Source: Candidatus Woesearchaeota archaeon
GTDB taxonomy: Archaea > Nanobdellota > Nanobdellia > Pacearchaeales > GW2011-AR1
Assembly (NCBI GenBank): GCA_964647695.1
Contig: CAZYIS010000001.1
Location: 48,275 to 112,274 of the forward strand
DNA length: 64,000 nt
Direction of reading: 5' to 3'
A program made the translations under genes and the position numbers. Below the pieces are notes generated by a model. The model was not told the origin of the DNA. It saw nothing but the letters and a program-made list of their open reading frames with translations, and made no database searches. Positions 17,095 to 25,062 of the stretch are shown here, piece by piece. How positions within the stretch are numbered: position 1 is the first letter of the stretch; each line of letters begins with the position of its first letter.

Positions 17095-17460
17095 ATGATA
17101 AAATTTATGCACAAAATAGGAAATACAAATTGCAGATTAGACATTTATGAAGTTCAAGGAGATATTGGAAAAGCAGTTCTTCGCCATTTATCCACAAGAG
17201 ATACTCTAGTAGAATATACTCCTAGAATAGGCAATAGTGCTGAACATTATTTTTCTATATCTATAGAAAGAGAAGGTTCTCAAAGGGAAGTTGTAATGCC
17301 TTATAGAGAAGCTAACTTTAGTGAAACTCTGAAAAGATTTTATGCTGCTGCTAAAAGAGTATTTAAAAAAGAAACTAATGAAAATGAATTAGCTGATTCA
17401 ATGAATTTAGTAAGAACTTTAAATGGTTCCCCTCAGCCAATTCTTAGTCCAAGTTACTAA
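17095..17460 (+). CDS. hypothetical protein
   Basis: 121 aa. Preceded by the same GTATAAAAACGC promoter module. Confidence 0.45.
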   Translation: MIKFMHKIGNTNCRLDIYEVQGDIGKAVLRHLSTRDTLVEYTPRIGNSAEHYFSISIEREGSQREVVMPYREANFSETLKRFYAAAKRVFKKETNENELADSMNLVRTLNGSPQPILSPSY

Positions 17461-17712
17461 TAAAATAATTAATTTTATTTCTTTTTTAGAATAAGTTTGC
17501 CTTTTTCAGTTTCTACTATCAATTCATCTCCGGCTTTAAACCCTGTTTGGCTTAGAATAACCTCTGGAACATTGATTTTATACTTATAATATGCTTGCCC
17601 TTTATACTCTCTAGATTTTTCTTTTAGTATTTTCATAATTAAAAAAGTGAGAATAACTATTTAAACTTTTAGAGACCGAAAGATTTATATACTTTAGAGA
17701 CCTAAATATATA

Positions 17713-18195
17713 ATGGTTAAGGGTTTATGTGTTAATTGTAAGAAAGAAAAAGAAATAGCTTTATCCGGAAAAGCAAAAGGATTGTGTAAAGTTTGTTATA
17801 AAAAATTAATTTGGAAACCTAAATTAATAGAATGTAAACGGTGCAAAAGAATGTTACCTAATCAGGCATTTGGTTTTTGTAAAAGCTGTTATCTCTCGGT
17901 CTTTCATATGGATAGAATGAAAGAACATAGTATTAAACAACATCACAATATTGATCCTAAATTATGGAAAGAAATAACTAAAAAATGTGTCGTTTGTGGT
18001 TTCGATAAAATAGTAGATTTACACCATCTAGATCACAATCATGATAATAATTCTAGGGAAAATCTTATAGGTTTATGCCCTAATCATCATAGAATGATTC
18101 ACAATATAAAAACTAGAAAAGAAGTATTAGATATTTTGAAGGAAAATGGATATGTTCCTCTTGAAAAATATCTAGATAACGAGTTCTATAAATAA
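17713..18195 (+). CDS. HNH endonuclease with N-terminal Cys4 zinc-ribbon pairs
   Basis: 160 aa. Four CxxC pairs. HNH motif DLHHLDHNHDNNSRENLIGLCPNHHRMIH. Confidence 0.75.
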   Translation: MVKGLCVNCKKEKEIALSGKAKGLCKVCYKKLIWKPKLIECKRCKRMLPNQAFGFCKSCYLSVFHMDRMKEHSIKQHHNIDPKLWKEITKKCVVCGFDKIVDLHHLDHNHDNNSRENLIGLCPNHHRMIHNIKTRKEVLDILKENGYVPLEKYLDNEFYK

Positions 18196-18245
18196 TACTT
18201 TTCAGTTTTCCATATGTATTTAAAACCCTATTTTATGAGATTTTC

Positions 18246-18737
18246 ATGGAAAATTTAATAAAATTAGAACAATTACCCTATGCCCGAGATCTAAATTTAA
18301 TTCTAAATTATCTAAAACTAGTTTTTCCTGATTTTCCAGAAAGAAATTGTCAGGATGCAGCTAGAATTACTTCAAGAGTAACTAAGTTAAGAGAGCTGGC
18401 CGGTTATTTTAGTGAAATACCTGGACAAAGCAGGGAAGAATGGCACGCTTGGAACTATGATCCTGAAAGAAAAATAATTGTAGATTTAACAGGTAAGCAA
18501 TTAGCAGAAGATTTACCTGAAATATTTATTACTTCTAAGCATGATCCCCGATATAGATTAACCCTAAGTAATACTCGTGAAGCACGAAGCGAATATGGCT
18601 GGTTTTGTGAACCTTCTTTTCTAAAAGATTACTATGCCTATGCTAAAAATCCTGAAAGATTCTACCTGGATGGAAGAAAAAAGATTATTAGAGATTTAGT
18701 TCCTGTTTCTTTAGACCTAGCATTGCAAATATCCTGA
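18246..18737 (+). CDS. hypothetical protein
   Basis: 163 aa. Co-oriented string downstream of the HNH gene. Confidence 0.45.
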   Translation: MENLIKLEQLPYARDLNLILNYLKLVFPDFPERNCQDAARITSRVTKLRELAGYFSEIPGQSREEWHAWNYDPERKIIVDLTGKQLAEDLPEIFITSKHDPRYRLTLSNTREARSEYGWFCEPSFLKDYYAYAKNPERFYLDGRKKIIRDLVPVSLDLALQIS

Positions 18738-18795
18738 TTAAAGGTCCAAAGCCAAGATTTAAATATTCAGAAAAAGAAATTTTCTAGCAAACAAC

Positions 18796-19110
18796 ATGTT
18801 AAACGGAGAAATTAATTTGGAAAATGTAGCAAAAAATGCTTACTTTGGAGCCCAGGGCAATACAATCAATGTAGTCTATGGTTTAGACATGGGTAGAGTT
18901 CAATATAAGGAATTTAGATTATCTGATGGAATATTTCTTACTTCCTTGGGCACAACCCTGGATGATTTTAAAACAAGATGTACTTCGGTTGTTCCTACAG
19001 AAGAAGTTAAAAGATTAGTCTATGAAACCAGAACTCCTCTTAGTATCAGTTTATTAGAAGAACAGGTGTTTGTTAACGCTAGAAACGATCAATTAACGGG
19101 GGCTGATTAA
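18796..19110 (+). CDS. hypothetical protein
   Basis: 104-aa ORF. Stop is 1 nt before the next start. Confidence 0.4.
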   Translation: MLNGEINLENVAKNAYFGAQGNTINVVYGLDMGRVQYKEFRLSDGIFLTSLGTTLDDFKTRCTSVVPTEEVKRLVYETRTPLSISLLEEQVFVNARNDQLTGAD

Positions 19111-19111
19111 A

Positions 19112-19447
19112 ATGAGTCTAATAAACAAAATTCAAAAAGGAATTGTTCTCGGAGCATCATCCGCCATACTATTAGGATTCGCAGGAGTTACATATTTTGG
19201 CAGCCAACATACTAAAGCCCAAGATGATTTGATGTCTTCTTCTAATATTACAGATTATCCTGCCCTTATGCAAGATTTAAACACAAAAATAGAATATTCT
19301 GCAGATTTAACCATTGCCGGCGGAGCCCTATTGGGACTTTATGGTCTTGGTTCTTTAATAAATCGAAGAAGAGACGCACAAAATAATCAAAAATTAATCA
19401 ATCTATTAAGACTGGTTGCTGATGAAAGAAGCAATGCTAAAAATTAA
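19112..19447 (+). CDS. hypothetical two-TM membrane protein
   Basis: 111 aa. Followed immediately by a perfect palindrome, AAACAAACAGCTGTTTGTTTTT. Confidence 0.45.
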   Translation: MSLINKIQKGIVLGASSAILLGFAGVTYFGSQHTKAQDDLMSSSNITDYPALMQDLNTKIEYSADLTIAGGALLGLYGLGSLINRRRDAQNNQKLINLLRLVADERSNAKN

Positions 19448-19467
19448 ACAAACAGCTGTTTGTTTTT
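19446..19467 (+). terminator. perfect palindrome AAACAAACAGCTGTTTGTTTTT directly after a stop codon (intrinsic-terminator-like)
   Basis: 10-bp inverted repeat plus T5. Confidence 0.45.
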
Positions 19468-19511
19468 ATCCTAAACAAAAGTTTTAAAAGAGATTAATTT
19501 ATGCTATTTTT

Positions 19512-19874
19512 ATGAAACTTGAAGATATTACTCCAGAATTAAAGGAAGGAGAGTTAGTTTTAATAAAAACTACTCAAAATTCTCATGCCCTGGGTACATT
19601 CAGCGATGGAAATGAAAAGAGAATATTCTTACATCAACCATCCTATTATCTAGGAAAACCAGTCAATCTAGACGGAAAGATCAAACTAGAAGTTTCTCCC
19701 GGAATAGATTCTCGTTCCTATAGTCAAATAGGCCAAATTTATCGTGGAAAGAAAGAAATTGTAAAATACTTAGAATCCCATCCCGATCTAAAAGGTCATG
19801 CCGATTGGGTTAAAAAACTAGATGCTCCATTTGAATTACCAAAAACCGATGTTCTACGTACACTAAGATTATAA
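19512..19874 (+). CDS. hypothetical protein
   Basis: 120-aa ORF. Confidence 0.45.
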   Translation: MKLEDITPELKEGELVLIKTTQNSHALGTFSDGNEKRIFLHQPSYYLGKPVNLDGKIKLEVSPGIDSRSYSQIGQIYRGKKEIVKYLESHPDLKGHADWVKKLDAPFELPKTDVLRTLRL

Positions 19875-19938
19875 TTTTTATAGCCCAGTAGTGATTTTTA
19901 CCAATTAACTTTAAATATCCTTCAAAAGTGAGATTTTT

Positions 19939-20460
19939 ATGACAAACAAAGCAAATTTTAATAGATTGTTGGAAAATCTATTCCATCCCGAAGGAGTTAC
20001 TCTAGAAATTGCTGAAAATAATCGTATCCAACTTCCAGTTAACTATGTTTGGACTCCTAGTGGCACTTACATATTACATAATTACTCTCCTAAGGAGTTA
20101 GCTTCATTAAAAATAAACTCACCTAACTTTATCCCTGACAAACCCTATAAATATATTCCTAAGGCAAGACTATCTTTTGATAGGTCCATGTCCCCTAATG
20201 AATTTAGAGAAAATAATTTAATGGTTGCCACTTTTGGTGATAGCGGAGCCGATACTCTTGCAGATATTGCTCGACAGTTTTCTCAAAAACCCTATATATT
20301 TGGACATCAAATCGGAGAAAATCATCCTTCTATTCTTTCAAGTTTAGCTTTAGACCTTCCATTTGTCTCGGGCGGTTTAGTCGTACACGCAAATGCCTAT
20401 GCCAATTCAGATGGCTATATAATCAATCATTTTAAACCTGAAGTTTATCATTTCGATTAG
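19939..20460 (+). CDS. hypothetical protein
   Basis: 173-aa ORF. Confidence 0.45.
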   Translation: MTNKANFNRLLENLFHPEGVTLEIAENNRIQLPVNYVWTPSGTYILHNYSPKELASLKINSPNFIPDKPYKYIPKARLSFDRSMSPNEFRENNLMVATFGDSGADTLADIARQFSQKPYIFGHQIGENHPSILSSLALDLPFVSGGLVVHANAYANSDGYIINHFKPEVYHFD

Positions 20461-20527
20461 TTCGTTCAAGCTCACTTAACAGAATTTTAATACATACCTC
20501 TATATACTTGAGAGTGTTTGATATAAT

Positions 20528-20674
20528 ATGGTAGCAATCAGTTTAACAGTATCTGCATTGCTTGCAGTAATCTTTGGAATTCTTATATTAATGTTCCCAA
20601 AAATGCTTAATAATTTAGTAGGATTATGGTTATTAGTTTTCGGAATTCTACAATTGATTAATATTTATTATTAA
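20528..20674 (+). CDS. small two-helix membrane protein (DUF3096-like)
   Basis: 48 aa, MVAISLTVSALLAVIFGILILMFPKMLNNLVGLWLLVFGILQLINIYY. Below the ORF-track length cutoff; read directly from sequence. Confidence 0.35.
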   Translation: MVAISLTVSALLAVIFGILILMFPKMLNNLVGLWLLVFGILQLINIYY

Positions 20675-20680
20675 ATCTTT

Positions 20681-21223
20681 TTAATCTACAGAAACAACTT
20701 CTTCTAAAGGTTCTACCAATCTTAGAGTTCCATTTTCAAAATCTCTATTCATAGCATCATTAAGTTCTTTTAATTCTTCAGCACTATAATAATTTCCTCT
20801 ATCTTTCCATTTTTGTTTTCCATCGGCCCAAGCACACCACGGCGATATTTCAAAAGCTTTTCTAGCCAAATATTTATCATTTAACTTAAACTTAACTGGA
20901 AGTCTGCTTTCTCTATGTTTTTGAGATGCCAAATCATAGATTTTACTTAATGCCCTAATTAATAATGCTTCTTGACTATCATCCAAATCAACTCTTTTCA
21001 CAGGATCTGGAGTTCCCACATTACTATAGGGCCCCGCGCCATACCAATAATTAGTTTTATGCATATCCATAACAAATCTTCCTTCACTAGGTCTTACCGA
21101 TAGACAAACATCTTCCAAATCTTTCTTTCCATCTTCTCTCACCCAAATATGATATCCTCTAGGTTGATTTGGAAGTCTAACATCTCCACCTTCAATTACT
21201 AGAATATGTTTATTACTTTCCAT
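20681..21223 (-). CDS. hypothetical protein, C-terminal part of an ORF interrupted by a single in-frame TAA
   Basis: 180 aa. The ATG at 21223-21221 abuts the TAA (21226-21224) of the upstream ORF in the same frame. Confidence 0.4.
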   Translation of the reverse strand: MESNKHILVIEGGDVRLPNQPRGYHIWVREDGKKDLEDVCLSVRPSEGRFVMDMHKTNYWYGAGPYSNVGTPDPVKRVDLDDSQEALLIRALSKIYDLASQKHRESRLPVKFKLNDKYLARKAFEISPWCAWADGKQKWKDRGNYYSAEELKELNDAMNRDFENGTLRLVEPLEEVVSVD

Positions 21224-21694
21224 TTACTCAAAGGCTCCAGGACCATGGGCCTGCAGTCCTTGTTCTTCAAGGAGTATTTTTATTTGCTTTTTAGCGCTTC
21301 TAAATTCAGTTGGGCTAACATAGGTCAAATATCCTGTTGTCAATCTAGAACCTGCACCATTTCTATCTTCAGTTTTATCAATAAAGAATCCTCTTAGATT
21401 TCTAGGATCATCTAATAAACTGTCTCCAAAGAAATCATATTTCCAGTAATTAAAATCATCTTTAATTGTTTCATCCCTATTCTTTAGGCCATGAACTATT
21501 TCTACTTCTGGGGCAGCTAGAGTTACCTGAACAACAACCGATGGAAATTTATTCAGTTTAACAAAACCTGTGGGGTCTTCATAGCTAGGATAAACTGAGT
21601 CACCTATTCTTTCAAGAATCAATGGATCTTCATAAACCAGTCTTCTAACATTTCCCTTTACATGTTTAAACCAAAATCTTTCTAATCCATTCAT
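21224..21694 (-). CDS. hypothetical protein, N-terminal part of an ORF interrupted by a single in-frame TAA
   Basis: 156 aa. Same reading frame as 20681-21223, separated only by one TAA codon. Confidence 0.4.
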   Translation of the reverse strand: MNGLERFWFKHVKGNVRRLVYEDPLILERIGDSVYPSYEDPTGFVKLNKFPSVVVQVTLAAPEVEIVHGLKNRDETIKDDFNYWKYDFFGDSLLDDPRNLRGFFIDKTEDRNGAGSRLTTGYLTYVSPTEFRSAKKQIKILLEEQGLQAHGPGAFE

Positions 21695-21767
21695 AAAAAT
21701 TCTGATTAATTCAATTATTTAAACATATAGGCTATTTTTTCTTTAATTTTGGTAGTGAAAATAACAA

Positions 21768-22085
21768 TTAGGATATATAACTTTCAATAGTATTAGGTAT
21801 TGGACTAATTTTTTTCCTTTTTTCATCAACATATCTTGCCCTTACTCTTTTTATTTCATAGGATCCAGGAATAAATATTTCATTAGATTTCATTCTTTGT
21901 TTAACCAACCCCGAAACACCATTCCAAAATTTATTTTCTTCAACACTTCCTGCAGACTCTGCTCTAGATTTATATTGTTCATAGTCCATATAATGTCTAG
22001 CTAAATTATCTATGGGGGCTATTAACGTATAAGTCGATAAGAATAGAATAAATACGGCGCGATCCATTTTCATATTAGGATACAT
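21768..22085 (-). CDS. small secreted/membrane-anchored hypothetical protein
   Basis: 105 aa with an N-terminal signal-like hydrophobic segment. Confidence 0.4.
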   Translation of the reverse strand: MYPNMKMDRAVFILFLSTYTLIAPIDNLARHYMDYEQYKSRAESAGSVEENKFWNGVSGLVKQRMKSNEIFIPGSYEIKRVRARYVDEKRKKISPIPNTIESYIS

Positions 22086-22114
22086 ATTGTTTAGGTTGAT
22101 TATATTATTTAAAA

Positions 22115-22648
22115 TTAATCAGTCTCTTCTTCATCGCTTTCTTCACCATCTTCAACTTCTTCAGAATGATGGTCATGATGATCGTGTTCAGATAAATCGC
22201 TTTCTTCATTAATGCTCTTAATTATTATCTTGAAAATTAAGGTCTTTCCAGCCATAGGATGATTCAAATCAATTTCAACCATATCTCCAACTATTTTATT
22301 AATCTTAACTGGGATTTCGTTTCCATCTGGAGTTCTAACATATAATTCCATTCCTGCTTCTATCTTTGCTCCAGTAGGCATTTTTCTCATAGGCACTTGT
22401 TGTACCAGTTTAGGATTATATTGACCATAGGCTTCTTCAGGTTTAAGAGTTATTTCTTTTTCATCTCCAATGTCTAATCCTATAACTCCAGTGTCAAACC
22501 CAGCAATCATTTGTCCTGCTCCTACTTCAAATTCCAATGGATGAGAATGGTCTCCATGCATAGATGTATCAAAAACAACTCCATTTTCAAATCTTCCTTC
22601 ATAGTCTACTCTTACCTTATCGCCTTTCTTAATAGCCATAGAAAACAC
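22115..22648 (-). CDS. FKBP-type peptidyl-prolyl cis-trans isomerase (SlyD-like, His/acidic C-terminal tail)
   Basis: KKGDKVRVDYEGRFENGVVFDTS, GAGQMIAGFD. Inserted IF-like domain. C-terminal HDHHDHH. The true start is probably the internal Met just before the KKGDK motif. Confidence 0.8.
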   Translation of the reverse strand: MFSMAIKKGDKVRVDYEGRFENGVVFDTSMHGDHSHPLEFEVGAGQMIAGFDTGVIGLDIGDEKEITLKPEEAYGQYNPKLVQQVPMRKMPTGAKIEAGMELYVRTPDGNEIPVKINKIVGDMVEIDLNHPMAGKTLIFKIIIKSINEESDLSEHDHHDHHSEEVEDGEESDEEETD

Positions 22649-22744
22649 TCTTTTTTAGGGTATTTAATTGTTTTTATGTCAAGGAACTTCACTTATTCCT
22701 TGAGCATCCAAAACACAAGGGCTAGAAGCACATTGTGTTTTTGA

Positions 22745-22936
22745 CTAACCCATTTCTTGAAACAGCCAAACAAGAAAATAAATTATATATAATAATACCA
22801 CCAGTCCACCTATCCAAATAAGAATTCCAAGAATAGGTAAAAATATTCCTAGAAAAATAAATAAAATAGCTATCCAGAATATGGCTGAAAGCGATTCCAT
22901 TCTATTAAACAAATTTTTTATATTATAATAGCTCAT
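22745..22936 (-). CDS. small membrane protein
   Basis: 63 aa, two hydrophobic helices. Overlaps the stop of the upstream surface-protein gene. Confidence 0.35.
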   Translation of the reverse strand: MSYYNIKNLFNRMESLSAIFWIAILFIFLGIFLPILGILIWIGGLVVLLYIIYFLVWLFQEMG

Positions 22937-24531
22937 AGTTGTACATATTTATCTTTTCCAAATTTAAAAGGATTGCTACCCTTATTGGTTGAAAACCAAA
23001 CAATTAAAATTCCAATGATTATAATAATTATAATAATTATCACTATAATTATCCATCCTGCAGGGGATGAACTTGTTCCGGACCCGCTAGAACTTCCCGT
23101 ATTATTATTTGTTCCGGACCCGCCATCGCTTCCGCTACCACTATCACTTCCCAAAGCCGAGAAAGTTTCAGGAGTAACCAGCTCATGTATATAATTAATA
23201 GTTAGATTTACTTTTGTTGAATTGAGACCATTGACTCTAACTCTCAAATCATAATAATTATCTCCATCAATATTAAAGTCATGACTCTCCCCAGAGTTTA
23301 TCGTTGCCTGCTGAGAAGTTGAAGAAACATTAATTATCACTCTATCGGTTTGAATGTCCATAACTCCTACATAATGGGTTTCTCCATTAAATTTAATACT
23401 AATTCTATCCTTCTCGCTCATATTTTTATTAATACTTAACTTATAACTAAATTCTTCATCGGTGTAGGATGTAGTGCTCCAGGTCCAAGATGATGTATCT
23501 CCTGTACCTCCTCCAGAACTATCTCCAGTTACACAAGCCTCAGTTGTAAAATCTGACGTATTAATATTATAATTTCCAGCATAATCAAAACAAGTCACAT
23601 TATAGGTGTAGGTTTTTTCACAGCTAGCACTATCACTAAAGCTCCAAGTTGAACTACTAATATTCTCAGCATTACCTCTATCGCTATAGCTTCCAGCACT
23701 AGAATTTCTTTTCACAGAACAATAGTTAATTCCACTAACCGTATCATTAACCGTTATATTAAACTTAACACTAGTATTAGTAGTTGCCTTATCAATTATT
23801 TGAGGAACACTAGGAATACTATTATCTATCTTCACATTTAACAAAGTTAGGTTGCTCCGATAGCCTAGACTGTCATTGGCAATTATGGTTATATTATAGA
23901 CTGTTCCATCGGTCAATGCCGAAGTATTCCATGTGGAGTTCCAACTGGATAAACTAGTATTGCCAGCATATTTCAAAGCAGTAATATTGCCTGTTGAATT
24001 ACTAATATTAAAGGAAACGCTAGCAATAGATGAATAATCATTTAAAGTAACATTCAAGATATAATTTCCTGAGATGTTACTATTATTTCTTAGAACCACT
24101 GGAGTTATTATTGGTGAGGCAGTATCATTAACTGTAACTACCACGCTGTTATTTATGTTCGCTGTTGAATTAGAACTTATAACTATAATATTATAAATTC
24201 CAGGATAGGATGCAGTCGCATTAAACCAAAAGTACTTTGTTGTCAAATTTGGAATCATATTCAATGCGGACCAAGTTAGTTCATTCATACTACCTATGGA
24301 ATCAGTTCCATTGCTTGCATTTACAAAAGTAAAATTATTAGGTAAAACAATGGTTACTCCAGTTATATTTGCCAACGCACTAGTATCCGTATTATTTACA
24401 CTTATATTATACAAAACTGAGATATTTTGATTAACTGAGTAACTTTGAGGATTAATGTTATGGCCAGCAATAACCAATGCAACCAAAAATATGGTCAGTA
24501 TTGATCCGCTAATAATCTTATTACTTAACAT
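22933..24531 (-). CDS. cell-surface glycoprotein-like protein (many N-x-S/T sequons, Ser/Gly-rich stalk, C-terminal poly-Ile TM anchor)
   Basis: 532 aa. N-terminal signal peptide. More than 40 NxS/T sequons. C-terminal GSGSDGGSG stalk and IIIVIIIIIIIIIGILIVWF anchor. Confidence 0.6.
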   Translation of the reverse strand: MLSNKIISGSILTIFLVALVIAGHNINPQSYSVNQNISVLYNISVNNTDTSALANITGVTIVLPNNFTFVNASNGTDSIGSMNELTWSALNMIPNLTTKYFWFNATASYPGIYNIIVISSNSTANINNSVVVTVNDTASPIITPVVLRNNSNISGNYILNVTLNDYSSIASVSFNISNSTGNITALKYAGNTSLSSWNSTWNTSALTDGTVYNITIIANDSLGYRSNLTLLNVKIDNSIPSVPQIIDKATTNTSVKFNITVNDTVSGINYCSVKRNSSAGSYSDRGNAENISSSTWSFSDSASCEKTYTYNVTCFDYAGNYNINTSDFTTEACVTGDSSGGGTGDTSSWTWSTTSYTDEEFSYKLSINKNMSEKDRISIKFNGETHYVGVMDIQTDRVIINVSSTSQQATINSGESHDFNIDGDNYYDLRVRVNGLNSTKVNLTINYIHELVTPETFSALGSDSGSGSDGGSGTNNNTGSSSGSGTSSSPAGWIIIVIIIIIIIIIGILIVWFSTNKGSNPFKFGKDKYVQL

Positions 24532-24601
24532 TTTGTCCTCTTTTTTATATCCTGAACCAATACAATCTCATTTATAAATATTAGTTATGATTAATTCTCA
24601 T

Positions 24602-24674
<73 letters not shown>

Positions 24675-24746
24675 CTTTTTTCTTATATTTTTCACAATCA
24701 AAATGTTTATAAAAAGAAATAATTAGATAATCGCATAAAATTAGAG

Positions 24747-25052
24747 GTGCAAATGGGAAGTAATATAGATTTAAGGAAATTTGAAGATCCGAACAGCATA
24801 CAAGATGCTTTCTCTAGAATTGTTTCGGGTGGAAAATCAGGCTATAAGACAGTTATGGAAAGAAAGAAGATTCCTCCTAAGTGCGTCAAATGCGGCAGAG
24901 GTGGAGATGACGAACAAAAATTCTGTCCTCAATGCGGTGGTAAAATGGTTGTTCCAGTAACCCAATGTCCTGGATGTAAGAAAGCCATAGATCAAGGTCA
25001 GAAGTTCTGTACCGGTTGTGGTTATGACCTTCAATCCATAGTAATAGGCTAA
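24747..25052 (+). CDS. double zinc-ribbon protein
   Basis: 101 aa. CVKCGRGG...CPQCGG and CPGCKK...CTGCG. Confidence 0.5.
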   Translation: MQMGSNIDLRKFEDPNSIQDAFSRIVSGGKSGYKTVMERKKIPPKCVKCGRGGDDEQKFCPQCGGKMVVPVTQCPGCKKAIDQGQKFCTGCGYDLQSIVIG

Positions 25053-25062
25053 TATTTATTAA

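Noticed and set aside
20681-21694. Selenocysteine or pyrrolysine recoding at the in-frame stop
   Set aside because: The stop is TAA, not TGA (Sec) or TAG (Pyl). No recoding machinery is seen in the window.
22973-23194. 73-aa plus-strand ORF with a poly-Ile run
   Set aside because: Antisense to the poly-Ile TM anchor and Ser/Gly stalk of the surface glycoprotein gene.
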